Assembly (NCBI RefSeq): GCF_009914755.1
Contig: NC_060925.1
Reading direction: 5' to 3' (one strand)
Length of the DNA stretch: 64,000 nucleotides
DNA from: the human T2T-CHM13v2.0 reference genome, Homo sapiens
The position numbers and the translations under genes were made by a program. This document shows positions 1-14,289 of the stretch, one piece after another. A model generated the notes under the pieces. The model saw only the letters and a list, made by a program, of their open reading frames with translations, searched no databases and had not been told where the DNA came from. The stretch's first letter is position 1. Each line of letters begins with the position of its first letter.

Positions 1-316
1 TATTTTAAGATGGAATAATAATTTAAGACTTTTAAATAGAAAAGGAAATGAAAAATTACTGTAAAGAAGAGAAAATAAGCTGTACAGGAAATACAAACTG
101 TAGTTAATTTGTTGTTGCTCTTAAACTAGCTTTGTATTGAAAATGTCATAATCCTGTGAGATGTATTTGTTTTCTGCCTATACAAGCAAGAAATTAACTT
201 TGAATTTTGGAACACTGACCCTATCTCTCTGGATTCTGTGTCTCCCAAATGGCTATTCCCAGCTTTTTACGTGAATAACAGCGGATTGTTATTCTTTCAA
301 TCACTTCAGGTTGACA
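1..316 (+). mobile_element. 3' part of an ERV1-class LTR (MER34/MER39-like), truncated by the window edge
   Basis: Ends in ...TTCAGGTTGACA, a terminus typical of MER4-group ERV1 LTRs, preceded by a decayed AATAA-type signal. Subfamily uncertain. Confidence 0.5.
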
Positions 317-337
317 CTTGTGCTCAACTAGTGTTCT

Positions 338-637
<300 letters not shown>

Positions 638-750
638 TCAGCTAGTGTTTTGATAAAGATTTTTTTAAACATGAGAGGCCAAAAAAAATGATAAAAATAG
701 ATCAATAAATGGAGATAGAGAAAAAATTTTTGAAAATAAAATAAAAACCG

Positions 751-1800
751 CTCTAGTCCTTGCAAATTGGCTCTGTGCTAGACCACTCCTTCAACCTTTA
801 GCCAATCTATTTACAACTTTGCCTTTAGCTTTAAATTCGTGCTTTTAATGTGCCCAAGATCAGCCATTGTTTAAAAGCTCTGTTTTCTGGTGTGTCCTGC
901 TTTTGATATGCATGTGATTTCTAAATTCCCCAGTATACACAGTAAAGACAAACAAAGACAAATTACCATATATTCAGAATTTTATAAAATATGCAGCATA
1001 TTTAATAATGCAATTATAGAATATTTAAATTAATTTTAAGCACCGAAACAAAATCTGTTTTTATTATTTAAAACATGTTCATATAAGCTGTTGTATTTAT
1101 AGTTTTTCTAGTAATATTGTTCAATTAGTAAAATTAAATCAAGATATATATGTATGTATATATATACACATATGCTTTTATGTATACACACAAAAACATA
1201 CATATATTTATGTACATGGATATGTATATACACCTACACATAAAGAACACTGTTAATTAGCTACTTAAATTATTGAAAACATATGTACTACTATACCTGA
1301 GAGTTATCATTATTCCTTAGTTTTATTTATCTTAGTAATATTGTTATCCTAGTAAAATTAAATCAAGCTATATATGTATGTATATTTATCTTATGAGTAC
1401 TTTTATATCTCAAATAAACTTTCTTTCTAGGTTTTCCAGCCAAGCTTTGGTGCTCTATTCTTGGCCTCACTGCAATATTTTGCCCCAGATAGCTGTAAGT
1501 TGGTTGTCTTAGTGTGTTTTTGGAAAATGTCCACCTCTTTTCTGAAGTTTGAGGGTTAGGAGTTAGCCCAAAAAGAGACAAGCTCTTTGTGTCACCCATT
1601 CAAGTAATGCCAGAGTAAAACAAACACAATTCATTACACATAAGGCCTGCTCTGGTATCTCCAGAACAAGGAGGAGCATCCCATACTGGGAACACAGGCT
1701 TTTGTCTTCAAGGTCACCACAGAGCCAGGGAGGGGGTTGGGGCAAGGGAAAGTAAAAAGGTCACAAAGCCTTACTAACCTTTTAAGTTGCCTTGGTATTC
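751..1800 (-). mobile_element. Old L1M (L1MC/L1MD-type) 5' region, interrupted by a duplicated local segment at about 950-1390
   Basis: Motifs TTGCAAATTGGCTCTGTG, TTTACAACTTTGCCTTTAGC and GGGGCAAGGGAAAGTAAAAAGGTCACAAAGC resemble recalled L1M 5' consensus. Confidence 0.6.
967..1331 (+). repeat. Direct duplication, copy 1 (about 365 bp; partner at 2255-2624)
   Basis: By manual alignment the first 77 bp are identical and the distal part is about 90% identical. A partial third copy follows at 1333-1385. Confidence 0.95.
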
Positions 1801-1861
1801 ATTCTCTAAAATCATAGGTGAGGTAAGCTGATAATGTTTTATTTACTTAATTAAAAAATGT

Positions 1862-2624
<763 letters not shown>

Positions 2625-2638
2625 AAATGTTTTTAGCA

Positions 2639-2710
2639 TTCTCTCATTCTCAGACAGAAGAATTCACTCATTCTCAGACAGGAGAATTCACTCGTTCTCA
2701 GACAGGAGAA
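2639..2710. repeat. 24-bp tandem repeat x3 (TTCACTCATTCTCAGACAGGAGAA)
   Basis: Units at 2639, 2663 and 2687, with 1-2 differences between neighbours. Confidence 0.9.
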
Positions 2711-3168
2711 TGGATTCATTTATTTTAAATGAATTTTTAAAAATATTTTTTCAGAAAATATGTAAAGCCCTGGGACACATAAAATGAAAATGAAACCTAA
2801 TTCTCATTCTAAAATTATGATATATTGTGGATCTATTGCTGCAGATTTATATACCTTTCAGTACTAGCTTGTTATTTAATTTTGAACTGTATGAGTTTTA
2901 TGCAATCAGCACCTCTAAAACATCTTCATATCCTATTAGTCAAATAGATTTTTCTGTCTTGAGAAAGATTATTGGTTGTATGGATACTTGCTATCTCTCA
3001 ATGGAAATCAAGCACTGAAGCTGAATGCAGTAGTTGACAGTAAAATGTTAGCGTATGCCTCACTCTTCCTTCCTTAAACATTTTTCTGGGAAAAAAGTAG
3101 ATAAAAACACACTGAGCCTTTTAAATGCAATATCTCTTTTAACCTTAGAGCAAGTATTTGAGATATCC

Positions 3169-3192
3169 TTTTTTTTTTTTTTTTTTTTTTTT
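3169..3192. repeat. Poly(T)24
   Basis: Uninterrupted T run. Confidence 0.95.
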
Positions 3193-3280
3193 ACAAGCAA
3201 GGCATTTATAAGGGAATTGTCATAGCATTCTAAATATAGAAGGAAAATGTGAACTGAAATGTTTAGTAATCTATGACATT

Positions 3281-3708
3281 TTATGTATTTTTTGTAGTTA
3301 TTATAAATGAAATTGCTTTCTCAATTTCTTTTTCAGCTAGTTTTGTTATTGTTATAGAAACACTACTGATGTTTGTAGGTTGATTTTGTATCCAAGAACT
3401 TTATTGAAGTTTTTAATAGTTCAAAGAGGATTTTGGTGGAATTTTTAGGTTTTTCTATATATAAGATCATATTGTCTGCAAAGAGGTACAAAGTGACTTC
3501 CTCTTTTTCAATTTGAATGCCGTTTATTTCTTTCTCCTGCCTAATTGCTCTGGTTAGGACTTCCAATATTATGTTGAATAAGAGTGGTGAAAGTGGGAAT
3601 CCTTGTTCTAATTCTTGGAGAAAAGGCTTTCAGATTTTTCCTGTTCATATAATATTAGTTGTGGGTTTGTCATATATGGCTTTATTATTTAGAGGTATGT
3701 TCCTTCTA
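3281..3708 (-). mobile_element. L1MA ORF2 (RT region) fragment, inverted relative to the adjacent 3' end
   Basis: The ORF at 3363-3566(-) gives [35 protein letters not shown], the L1 RT FADD region. Confidence 0.9.
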
Positions 3709-4470
3709 TCCCACATGATCCGGCAATCCCATAACTGGATATGTATCCAAAAGAAAGCAAATCAGTATATTGGAGAGATATCTTCACCTCCATGTCTATT
3801 GCAGCACTATTCACAATAGCTAAGATATGATATCAGTGTGTCTATCAACAGATAAATGAATAAAGAAATTATTATATATGCATAAGATTAGGTTGGAGCA
3901 CAACTAATTGCAGTTTTTGTCATTTAAATTAATGGTAAAAACCTCAATTACTTTTGCACCACCCTAAAAAATACTATTCAGCTATAAAAAAGGGATGAAA
4001 TCCTGTCATTTTGACAGTATGGATGAACTTGGAGAAAACATTATGGTAACTGAAGTAAGCCAGACACGGAGAGGCAAATACCATACGATTTCACTCATAT
4101 TTGGGAGCTTAATCAATTTCTACTCTTATAGAAGTAGAGAATGTAATTATGGTTATTACAGGTTGGAAAGGGTTGTGGGGAGGGGACAACAGGCAGAGGT
4201 TGTGGATATAAAATTACAGCTAGATAGGAGAAATGAGGTCTAGCGTTCTACAGCACTGTAGAGTCAACACAGTCAATAAAAATTCATTGTATATGTTCAA
4301 AAATTAAAAGACAAATTTCAGTGTTCCAAATACAAAAAAAAAATCAATGTTTGAGCTGATCGATATACTAATTACCCTGATTTGGTCATTATATATTGTA
4401 CAAATGTGTTGAAGTATCACTGTATCCCATAAATATGTACAGTTATTACAGTCAACTAAAAATAAAAGGA
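3709..4470 (+). mobile_element. L1MA3/L1MA4-like ORF2 C-terminus and 3' UTR
   Basis: Contains ATAAAATTACAGCTAGATAGGAG and CTAATTACCCTGATTTGGTCATT and ends in an A-rich stretch. Possible TSD AAT(C)TATGACAT at about 3268-3279 and 4468-4478. Confidence 0.85.
3888..3967. mobile_element. MADE1 (80-bp Hsmar1-derived MITE) nested in the L1MA
   Basis: TTAGGTTGGAGCACAACTAATTGCAG...CAATTACTTTTGCACCACCCTAA; palindromic, 80 bp. Confidence 0.92.
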
Positions 4471-5354
4471 AAATATAAATTATGACATAAGGAAAGCCTC
4501 TATTTGTTTTGCAGGTATTTCTGTGAAGACATGAGAAAGAAGATTGTGCAGGCTTTTTTGAGTTCTTTACACTTGATTAGGTGTGGCAGAAGGTGGCTCT
4601 TGTTACTTCATACACATTTTAAGTTTCTAGTAATCTATGATTATGAATAGAGTTATCAGTAACAACTCTTCCCAGGCAGGTATAAGCCAATAACAGAACA
4701 TTATGATAAACTATGCCTCGGGTTAGATTAACTCTCTTGCATTGCATAGAAAGTTCCCGGGATGCCAAATCACTAAGGGCCAACTGCCAACGTCTGATTA
4801 AAATCTGGAGAAGTTGGCACTGGCTGTCTGGGCAGAGACTGAGGGGAGATTTTGCTTTTCACTGTGCTGAGATAAGTGGGGCCCTGGCAAGGGAGTGAGA
4901 TAGATTAGCATTTAGAGCTCAAATATTCATTCCTGTCAGTCTGATTGTTAGCAGGGATTACTTGAGAAGATAGCAGAGAAAACTCCAACAGGGAAAAGGA
5001 TTAGAGGGTTTACTGCAGCTAGACTCCCGCCACCTTTACCTAATACATTTGCCATAAGAAGTCCTAGTCAATTTCCTTGGAATTCCATGTCTATTGTTTG
5101 TAAGTATTTTAAAATTTTCTATGTAAAGCTCATTTTATTCAATTCTAAGGAATTATAATTTTTAACCATATTTTACTAATTTTTCAGTTTCAGATAACTA
5201 TGAGTAAATGGTTCACAGCATTTGTAAGAGGTGCAAGAAAGAATTTAAGATTTTAATGTATTACGGATTTTTCAAGGGCAGTGTTTTTTTAATTGAAAAA
5301 GTAATAAAATTCTCAAAACTTCAGTTTGTGAAATGACATAAACTGATGCTTAAA

Positions 5355-5890
5355 TGCCATCTAATTCAGTCTCTAACTTCCTGGATAAATTCCTCAAAAT
5401 TATTTCAAACATGTGATGATTCATATTTTACCTAAACACATTCAGAGATAGAAATAGGGGGCTTAAATTGGGTCATTCATTCCATATTCAGAAAGCTCTA
5501 TTTATCTTAAAGTTCTATTGTATTGAGTCAAAATTTATGTCCCTATGATTCGTATTCATTAATGTTAGTTCTCTCCTCTGGAATTACAAAGAATAAAAAA
5601 AGAAATTTACTTCTACTTTATATTTCTGTGAAAGTCGAAACAATTGTCATACCTGAACTCATCTCTCTTCTAGGCTAACAGAATTACTAATTTCTTTATC
5701 ATTTATATACCATGGTTTATTGTTTTCTCAAGATTTCAGCCACTTAAAAAAATTTCATCCACTAGTAACACATTAAACCCATATCTGAACATGATATAGC
5801 AAATGTGCTCTGGCTAGTACACACTTTTCAAAATTCTAAAGTCTGTAATTTCCCTCCTTATCGTTTAGGCAGTATTCAAGTCATTAGAAA
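5355..5890 (-). mobile_element. L3/CR1 relic
   Basis: Degenerate match to recalled L3 (AAAGTTCTATTGTATTGAGTCAAAAT, TTAGTTCTCTCCTCTGGA, CTCTTCTAGGCTAA). Confidence 0.6.
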
Positions 5891-6296
5891 TTTTTCCAGG
5901 CAAGATAATCAAAAGCGGAAACACGTAATACCTGGTTCTAGATCACTCTTTTCCTATTTGACCCCGGTCTGCTGTTATCCTAAGTGACTTCAGTGTTCTT
6001 TGGATTCATCTAACATCATAACCTAGTATTTCTCAATATCTTTTCCATAATAAACTTTTCTCAGAACCACCAGTTACCCTTGTTGAAATGCAGAATCTCT
6101 AGGGCTAGGTGATTTAAATGCATGTTAAAACTAACCTTCGGGTTGACATATGCTCACCAGAGTTTCACAGCAACTTTTCTAGTTTTTCAGTTCCTTTAAA
6201 ACTTCCTTTCTCTGGTACCCTTTATTTTCATTCATTTCAATCAAACAGTCTAGTGGCTACCCTCATTCTTGTTTTCACTCGCAGTTGCTTCCCTTT

Positions 6297-6716
6297 TGTG
6301 ATGAGCTGAATTGCATTCCCCCAAATTCCTGTGTTGAAGCCCTGACTCCCAATGCCTCAGAAGACGACTGTATTTGGAGGTAGAGCTTTTAAGGAGTCAA
6401 GTTAAAATGAGGCCAGTAGGCTGGGCCGTGCTCCAATCTGACTGGTTTTTTTCGTTTGTTTGTTTTTGTTTTTTAATAAGAGGGGATTAGAACACACAGA
6501 GAGACACCAGGGTATGCATGCAGGGAAGGACACCATTTGAAGAGACAGCCAGAAGGTGGCCTTCTATGGTCAAGGTCGGAGGCCTCAGAGGAAACCAACT
6601 CCACCAGCACCCTAGTTTTGGACTTCCAGCCTCCAGAGCTGTGAGAAAATAAATTTCTGTTGTTTAAACCACCCAGCCTGTGGCATTTTAGTAGGGCAGC
6701 ACTAGCAAATAATACA
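6297..6716 (+). mobile_element. MLT1B solo LTR (ERVL-MaLR)
   Basis: TG...CA termini; GGACTTCCAGCCTCCAGAGCTGTGAGAAAATAAATTTCTGTTGTTTAAACCACCCAG. Confidence 0.88.
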
Positions 6717-7651
6717 CTATTTAAAATTCTTAAAATTTGACTCTAATATTTTATTCTTATCCATTTATTCTTATCACACCTACATTTACAGAAATTCTCA
6801 TACCTCATTATTCTCCTAAGAGGTTGGCTTCATCTCTCCCCCCATCAAAAATGCTGTAGAGGTGACTCAACATTGGGATTTATTACTGGCAGGTTAGGTG
6901 CTCCATGGTGACAGGAGCACGATTAACAATGATGAGGGGAAAACCCATGTTGTTGATTACATATATAATCTTCAACCCAGCTACCATGATCATTTTGTCA
7001 TGAGCCCATTGAGCAATCACTATATTGACTTGGGAAAAAGTTAACATTCACAGCTAGTCACACTGCCTACCTGATTACTTCCTTCAGTTTGGTGTCATAG
7101 AACTGAGGTCTGGCAAATGGAATTTAGGTGAAGGTGCTACATATGACATTCAAGTGGATGTGGCCATGAAATATTCCCATAGATTGGGATGAAAATATTT
7201 CCAGACCCTGTCATTCCTCTAGAGCTGCGTATTCCTCCTCCCCACTTCTCCCTGTCACCAGCCTTCTTATCTTGTCTTCCCAGGAAGAAAACCACTCAGC
7301 CAACACATTAAACACTGCCTATTAATTGTTGTATTTCTTCAAGTCAGACCATCTCCCTTTACAGTCAAGGTGAAAAAACAATTCCACCGCATAAAATCCT
7401 GCAAACAGTGGATTTATTTGTTCCACTGTAACTTCTGGGCATCTTGAGAAGGGTTGTGTTGTATCAGTCCAAAATCTAGTGATGTTTACTGTAGACTCAA
7501 CTATAAACCAGAGTCCACTGTATTTTTTTCCTTATTTAGCAGGCCAGAAGGGCCTCATCATGAGGCTTTAAATGTATCTCTAAGGGGAGATGAGCATGCA
7601 ATTTTAATTACACTTTTAGCTCTATTTGAACTTTATCTTATTTATTTTGCT

Positions 7652-8100
7652 TGTCAACCTAATTAACAAACAGAAAGAGGCTAAGAGAAAAAGATATTTA
7701 TTTAGCAATAGAGCATTGCAATGGCAATATGCATGCTGTAGTAAACTGTATCTGTATTCAAGGAAGTAAAGGAAGACAAAGATTTTTAAAGGAAATATGA
7801 GAAGGACTACATAATGGCTTTGAGATAATTATCCGTGACTACAAGGATTAATGACAGGAGTGGTGCCAGTCAGTGGTTGCCCAGGCAGTTCCTAGGCAGA
7901 GGTCCTCAGAGAAGTATTTTTTGTGTAAGGTTGCAATGACCTTTGTGCAAGGTTGTGGTTTTTGTAGAGTCCTTTATGACAGCTTTTATTCTAAGTCATT
8001 TATGCATGAGAGTCCTTCATGGCCTTTCTCAGCACTATTTTTCAGAGTTTCTTCTTGTTTTTAACACAAGTGATTCCATTTCTTTCAGACAACTTTCACA
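7652..8100 (-). mobile_element. ERV1 solo LTR (MER65-like) nested in the ERVL
   Basis: Minus strand starts TGTGAAAGTTGTC and ends TTAGGTTGACA; contains AAAACCACAACCTTGCACAAAGG. Confidence 0.75.
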
Positions 8101-9023
8101 TATTAAACCTAAGGATGGATTATTACTTTATATCCACATATGTATGGCTTGATAATTCAGATTTGTCTTGATTGACAGCTTAGGATGCTGATCACAAGTC
8201 ATCTCATAATCAGACATTGTATTTTTTATATCCAGAATCTCAAAAGGTCCATCAAGCATTGCTTATTTTTCTGGAATGTGAGGGGCAAAATACAGTAAGC
8301 CGTTAAAGCTATTTGGGAGAGATCTCTGTTTCAAATCAATAAATGCCCTAAAGGTAACTGATGAGGTAGACCCCTCTATCTTTTTAATCTCCCACCAGCT
8401 GGTAAGCAAGTTGCCTTTGAAGGCATTGTGCACACTTGCTAACTCCCTTTGACCAGACTGCGTTGGCATGTCATCAAAGTGGTGGCTGAACATAATGTTC
8501 TGTAGGATATCAAAATAGTAATCATTCTTACAGAGTAGATCATGACAAGCAACTGAAGCTTTGGCATAGCCTTGAGGGGATAAGGAGAAGAAGTACTGCT
8601 GTCCCTAACACGTAAAAATCAAGCAGCGTATGATGATCTTGGCTAATAACTACAGCAAAAAGAAAGAAAAAAAATCAAATCAATATCTGTATACCTGATG
8701 TTGAGGGCTATATTTATTTACTTCACTAAAGAGATTTCATTTGAAGCAGAAGCTGCAATTAGAGTTACTACCTGAATAAGTTTATGATAACCTGCTATTT
8801 TTCTCCAAAATCCATGTTACTGCATATACTAAGTAAATGAATAAAAGAGCTAAGTGGAATGTGATTGGAACTCCTATCATGTTGGTGAGAAGGAGTGATA
8901 GAGAATGATAGAACAGGGCCTTCCAACTCGTTTTTTCCCAAATTAATAGTCCCTCGTCCACTAGTCAGGAAGCTATTGGAAAGATTGTTCTTTTTTTTTC
9001 TTTTTCTTTGTCTTTTTTAGTAT

Positions 9024-9073
9024 TTCTGAGATCAGATGAGATCGGGCTCGTTCAGGGTGGTATGGCTGTAGAC
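9024..9073 (-). pseudogene. 5S rRNA retropseudogene, nt 1-50 only, no poly(A) tail
   Basis: Minus strand GTCTACAGCCATACCACCCTGAACGAGCCCGATCTCATCTGATCTCAGAA matches human 5S at 46/50. Perfect 16-bp TSD CTTTTTTAGTATTTCT at 9012-9027 and 9074-9089. Confidence 0.95.
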
Positions 9074-10089
9074 CTTTTTTAGTATTTCTATTCAAACTTC
9101 TAAACTATAAATTAGTGACCTGTGTGGAAATAAATGAAGCTTGAGACTTTCAATCCACTATTCCCACTGTAAAAAAGTCCTAGAACAAAATTTCTTTTGC
9201 CATTTCTGATTAGTGGACGACAGCGAAGCTTTCTATCCTCAGGGATTTACAACACCTCCATGTCAGTACCCAGTAAATCTCCAAAATTGAGAGTTATAGT
9301 GATATCTTTTCACTGGTCTTTTAAAGGACGGCTAGGGGGAGTATTGTTTATTTACTTATAGAATGTTTCACATTTCTGCCTTATAAGTATGAAACCCTAC
9401 TTTCATTAATGCACTCTAAATCTGTAAACTGGCTCTGATAGGGAAATGGAATGAAAATGTATAAATCTCAAATGCAGTCTTAATTAAAGAGATTGGAATC
9501 ATTTTTATTTATACGGGTTAAGTAAAACTTTAGGATGTTGCCCAAACCTGGAGTGCTCAGAAAATAATGATTAATCATCAGCCACCAAAAGTCTCTGAGG
9601 ATCACACCATTATGATTTCTGGACAACTTTGCACCCCATGATAGAAAACACATAAACTTTGACTCTCGCAGTTAAGAGCTGCAACTTATATCTGCTACTT
9701 CCAAAACCCATCATCCTCATTGAAATTAGGAGGCAAACTTCATGGGGATATCTCTTACTTTCATTCTTGGCTTACAGAGTAGAGCCTCCAGATGTCTAAA
9801 TAGGAAAGCATTTTAAGAAAGTGTTGGTTCCTCTCTAATTTATCTCTCAATAATGAGAGAAGTTTAGAACTGTATGAATACACTGTCACTTCATTCACTC
9901 AGTTTTGGATTCCACGTTCCATTTTGTCAATGTTCATATACTTTGCAACCAGATCCTGTGAATCATCTTATAGCCTGAAAAAAGAAGTATTTGAAAACCA
10001 TCAGACAGTATCTCAAACAAGTTAAATGAACCTCTATATTTTATTATTATGACATTTTAAGTTAGTTTTGTCACTAATGGTTAGTTGAG

Positions 10090-10302
10090 ATCCCAAGGGG
10101 ACTAGACCATTTCACCTCTGTATTAACCAGTCCTTGCATGCAGGCTTCACTGGAAAGAAGGATCGCAACCATGGGTAAGACAGTCTCCTTCAGCTAAGGG
10201 AAAACCCTGGGCAGTGACTAATCTGTGAGCCAACAACGGGCAACAATCCCTGCATCTGGAGAAAGGAGGGCTTTGGCTGATACACCATAGTATTCACTAC
10301 CA
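10090..10302 (-). mobile_element. LTR33-like ERVL LTR, 5' part
   Basis: Minus strand GTAGTGAATACTATGGTG...GGCTCACAG...CCCTTAGCTGAAGGAGACTGTCTTACCCATGGTT resembles the LTR33 start. Confidence 0.6.
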
Positions 10303-10319
10303 CGTGTTATCTCTTACAT

Positions 10320-10760
10320 GTGTATGAGCAAAACAATAGTGTTTACTTTTGCTTTATTTTAACTTTATATAAAACTTACATATCTATGTAAAGCATTCCG
10401 ATACTTTCATGCATTATCACCATTCTCAGATTTAACTATATTTTAAAATACAATTTTAGTTATTACATTTCCATTGCTATGGAATACTTGATTATATGAA
10501 TATACAATATTCTGTCCGTTTGGTTATATTTTTCTATTATGAGAACAGTTCTCATGTGTTTTAGTTAGTCAGAGCACATCCATATAACTTGTAGCACTTT
10601 TCAAGAGTCTGCATAGGATATAAATCTAGAAAGGTAATGTGCAATTGCTGGGTCTTTGATGATTTCCATTTTCAGTGGATATTGGTTTTGAGCTATCATA
10701 TGGTGCATTATCAGTTGCTAATTGCGAGTGAGAAGTTTTCACTTTTACCATTCCTGTATT
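10320..10760 (-). mobile_element. L1ME 3' relic
   Basis: TTTTAACTTTATATAAA, TTCCATTGCTATGGAATA and GCAATTGCTGGGTC are typical antisense L1ME motifs. Confidence 0.55.
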
Positions 10761-13054
10761 TCTGTACTTCAAAGGAAATATAATAGTGTGTGCAAAATTT
10801 GGGGAAATCATTTCACAAGAATAACAGAAAAATATAATACATTACTTCACAATTTCAAGCCAACATGAGCTGTTTTAATGTGGAAAGTCTTATTTGAAAT
10901 AACATTTAATTGACAAGATAAACTGTTAGCAGAAGTAAGGAGAGGGCCACAAAATAATTTATTCAAAACAGGCTAAAATTTATAAGATTAAAGGACATTA
11001 TGTGAATCACGGTCTGATGTGATCGCCTTCATGTACATTTCTTCTTGATCTCATTGTTTTTTTTGGTTCCTCTTGTCACTATGTTTCCTGCCCTTCTTGT
11101 CTAACCAGTTCTTAATTAAGTCATTGAAATGAACAAGGTCAAAAACAAAGTTCTTTATTTGATACCCTCATGTTGATATTAATCTATCCTTTAATATTCT
11201 AAAGAAATTCATAAGAACACAATCTTTCTGTTAAGTTAAATGTTTTGTCAAAAAGACCACATTTTGGGTTTTTTTTCCAATGAGAAATTTAACAAATGCT
11301 TAGCCAGGCTCAGCATTTAATGTATTAAATACAGAACCATGAATTCAAAATCAAATATCTGACAATTGAATATGTTCTGGAATACATTCTGGATCCTAGT
11401 AATCTCCACTTAGCTAGATGCACAAAATATTCTTCTAATAGTGCCCTATATTTCTTGTTGATTGCTATACTAATTTTCAGTTTGAAGAAACCTTAATTTT
11501 AAAATTCTGGGCATCTGTCAATTTGTCTCCTAACACCTCTTACTTTCAGATTTTTACATAGATGTCAACAGTCATTTATCATGCTCATCTGAAATATTGT
11601 TTTATACTAAAGAATACAAATTATTGTGGAAAGATTATTTTAAATGGTTATAGCAATTATATATATTTAACTCATCTCCTATTTTGGTCCTTCGCTTTGG
11701 TCCTATGGTGAAAGAGGTATTTTTAGTGACAGTGCAAGATCTCAATCTCTGAGATATTTTATTAGGTGAAAAAACAAGAAATATAAAATATAGGATGAGA
11801 TATATACATTTATAGACACATAAATACACATAGAAAATTTTAACAGTATCTTAACAACTGCCTTTTAGAAGGGTTAGGGATCAATTAAAATAAGATGAGA
11901 AAGTGTTTAAGCCTTTAAAGTCTGCCTGAGAGGATGAGATGTTTATAATTGAGTGTTAACTGCCATAAATCATCTTTAGCATTATATCTAAATGTAATCT
12001 AGTATTTGAATAATTTTAAAGTGCTCAAACAGCAGGTGAATAAATTGGGAATAGGACTATAAATAGCGAGGTACTCACAGTTCTGTGGAAAAATAGGACA
12101 GAACAAAACAGACTCATTTGAGTAAAGTTTATAATCAAGAGGACTGAATAAACTTTTAAAATGAGTGATTCATTTTCTCTACTTTCTGATGAACAGTTTG
12201 GAAACTTTTGTTTTGCAGTAAATTATAGAATAGAATGCAATTGTGATAGCTGCCTGAGTGTTAAAGAAAGAAAGAAAGTCTCTGGAAATAACCAGAGTTT
12301 TAGAATACATGCATATTATATTAAGAAATTAATTAAATACATATATTTACTATTAAGATCATTACAGTTGGATTAATTATTAATGAAGATAATAGAAAAT
12401 ATCCTTTTAGTAGCTTCCATGAGTATCTTTTCAAAATTTCATTATTTCTTCAGCATTTCATATAAAATTTGTGCCTTTTTAATATATATTTCATGGTAAA
12501 ATATAACCTTATTATACAATTATTTTAAGTATGCCAATACCGTCCAATTTTTTAGCTCATTTGTATGTCCAATTTTATTAAATTTAAATGTTTCTAGGTC
12601 AAAAATGAAAATAATGTAGCTATAAACAGTAGTCATGACTATACTCAGTTCTATTTGCCATTAAGAGTATCCTTAAGTCACTAAATATCATCCAATGTTT
12701 TAGGCAAGTCATGTTTTCTAAATTATTTTATTTTATCATCACAAATGTACTCACAAGGAAACCTCAGATTTTTAACATTATTAAAATAGTCTTGTTTTAA
12801 ATAATACTTGAATTGTCATTTTTTTACAGCTCAAGTATTATTTAAAACAAGAGTTACATTAATAAGGATACATAATTATTTCATACTTGAAATAATTCTG
12901 CAATAACAAATAGAAACCTGTATAAATACATTAAAAGTAAAAATGTAATTGAGATTCAGGAGAATGTTGAGACCTAATCCAAGAAAGTAAGCGTCACAAT
13001 AAAACAATGCAGGAGCTGACAAACAAATAAGCCAGTATAGAAAAGTACATAATT

Positions 13055-13389
<335 letters not shown>

Positions 13390-14289
13390 TCAACCTGGTA
13401 GAGCTAAAAAACACACTACAAGAATTTGATAATGCAATTGCAAGTATTAAGAGCAGAATGGACCAAGCCGATGAAAGAAACTCAGAGGTTGAAGACTGGC
13501 TTTCTGCAATATGAGAGAAACAGTCAGACAAAAATAAAGAAAAAAGAATAAAAAGGAATGAACAAAACCTTTGAGGAATATGGGATTACGTAAAGAGAAC
13601 AAATCTATGAATCACTCATGACCCTGAAAAAGATGGGAGGAAATGAAGCAACTTGGAAAACATATTTCAGGATATCATTCATGCGGACTTCCCCAACCTA
13701 GCTAGAGAGGCCGTAATTCAAATTCAGGAAATGCAGAGAACACCCTCAAGATACTTAACAAGAAGATGACCCCTAAGACACCTAATCATCAGATTCTCCA
13801 AGGTTGAAATGAAAGAAAAAATGTTAAAGGCAGCTAGAGAAAAAGGATAGATCGCCTACAAAAGAAAGCCCATCAGACTAACAGTGGGCCTCTCAGAAGA
13901 AGCCCTACAAGCCAGAAGAGATAGGGGGCCTATATTCAACACTCTTAAAGAAAATAAATTCCAACAAAGAATTTTACATCTGGCCAACTAAGTTTCATAA
14001 GCAAAGGAGAAATAAGATTCATTTCAGAGAAGGAAATGCCAAGGGAATTCGTGACCACCAGACCTGCCTTACAAGAGCTCCAGAAGGAAGCATTTAATAC
14101 GGAAAGACCATTACCAGTCATTACAAAAACACGCTTAAGTACACATACCAGTGTCGCTATAAAGCAACCACACAAGTAAGACAGCATAATAACCAGCTAG
14201 CAATATGATGACAAGATCAAATCCACACATATCAATACTAACCTTGAATGTAAAAAAGCTAAATGCCCCAATTAAAAGGCACAGAGTAC

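Larger units (their letters stand above)
6850..10050 (-). mobile_element. Decayed ERVL (ERV3-16A3/HERV16-like) internal region
   Basis: The minus strand near 7017-6940 reads IAQWAHD... and CAACAACATGGG, a frameshifted ERVL integrase N-terminus (WAHEQSGHGG..QQHGLP). An LTR33-like LTR lies next to it. Extent approximate. Confidence 0.6.

Noticed and set aside
3169-3192. Poly(T)24 as the tail of a retrocopy
   Set aside because: No recognisable retroposed body or TSD is adjacent.
3888-3967. MADE1 hairpin as a miR-548-family precursor
   Set aside because: The arms carry several mismatches, and sequence alone cannot support expression. Kept as a MITE only.
4515-4600. Acceptor-like TTTTGCAG| at 4514
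   Set aside because: An isolated motif with no convincing donor or coding frame.
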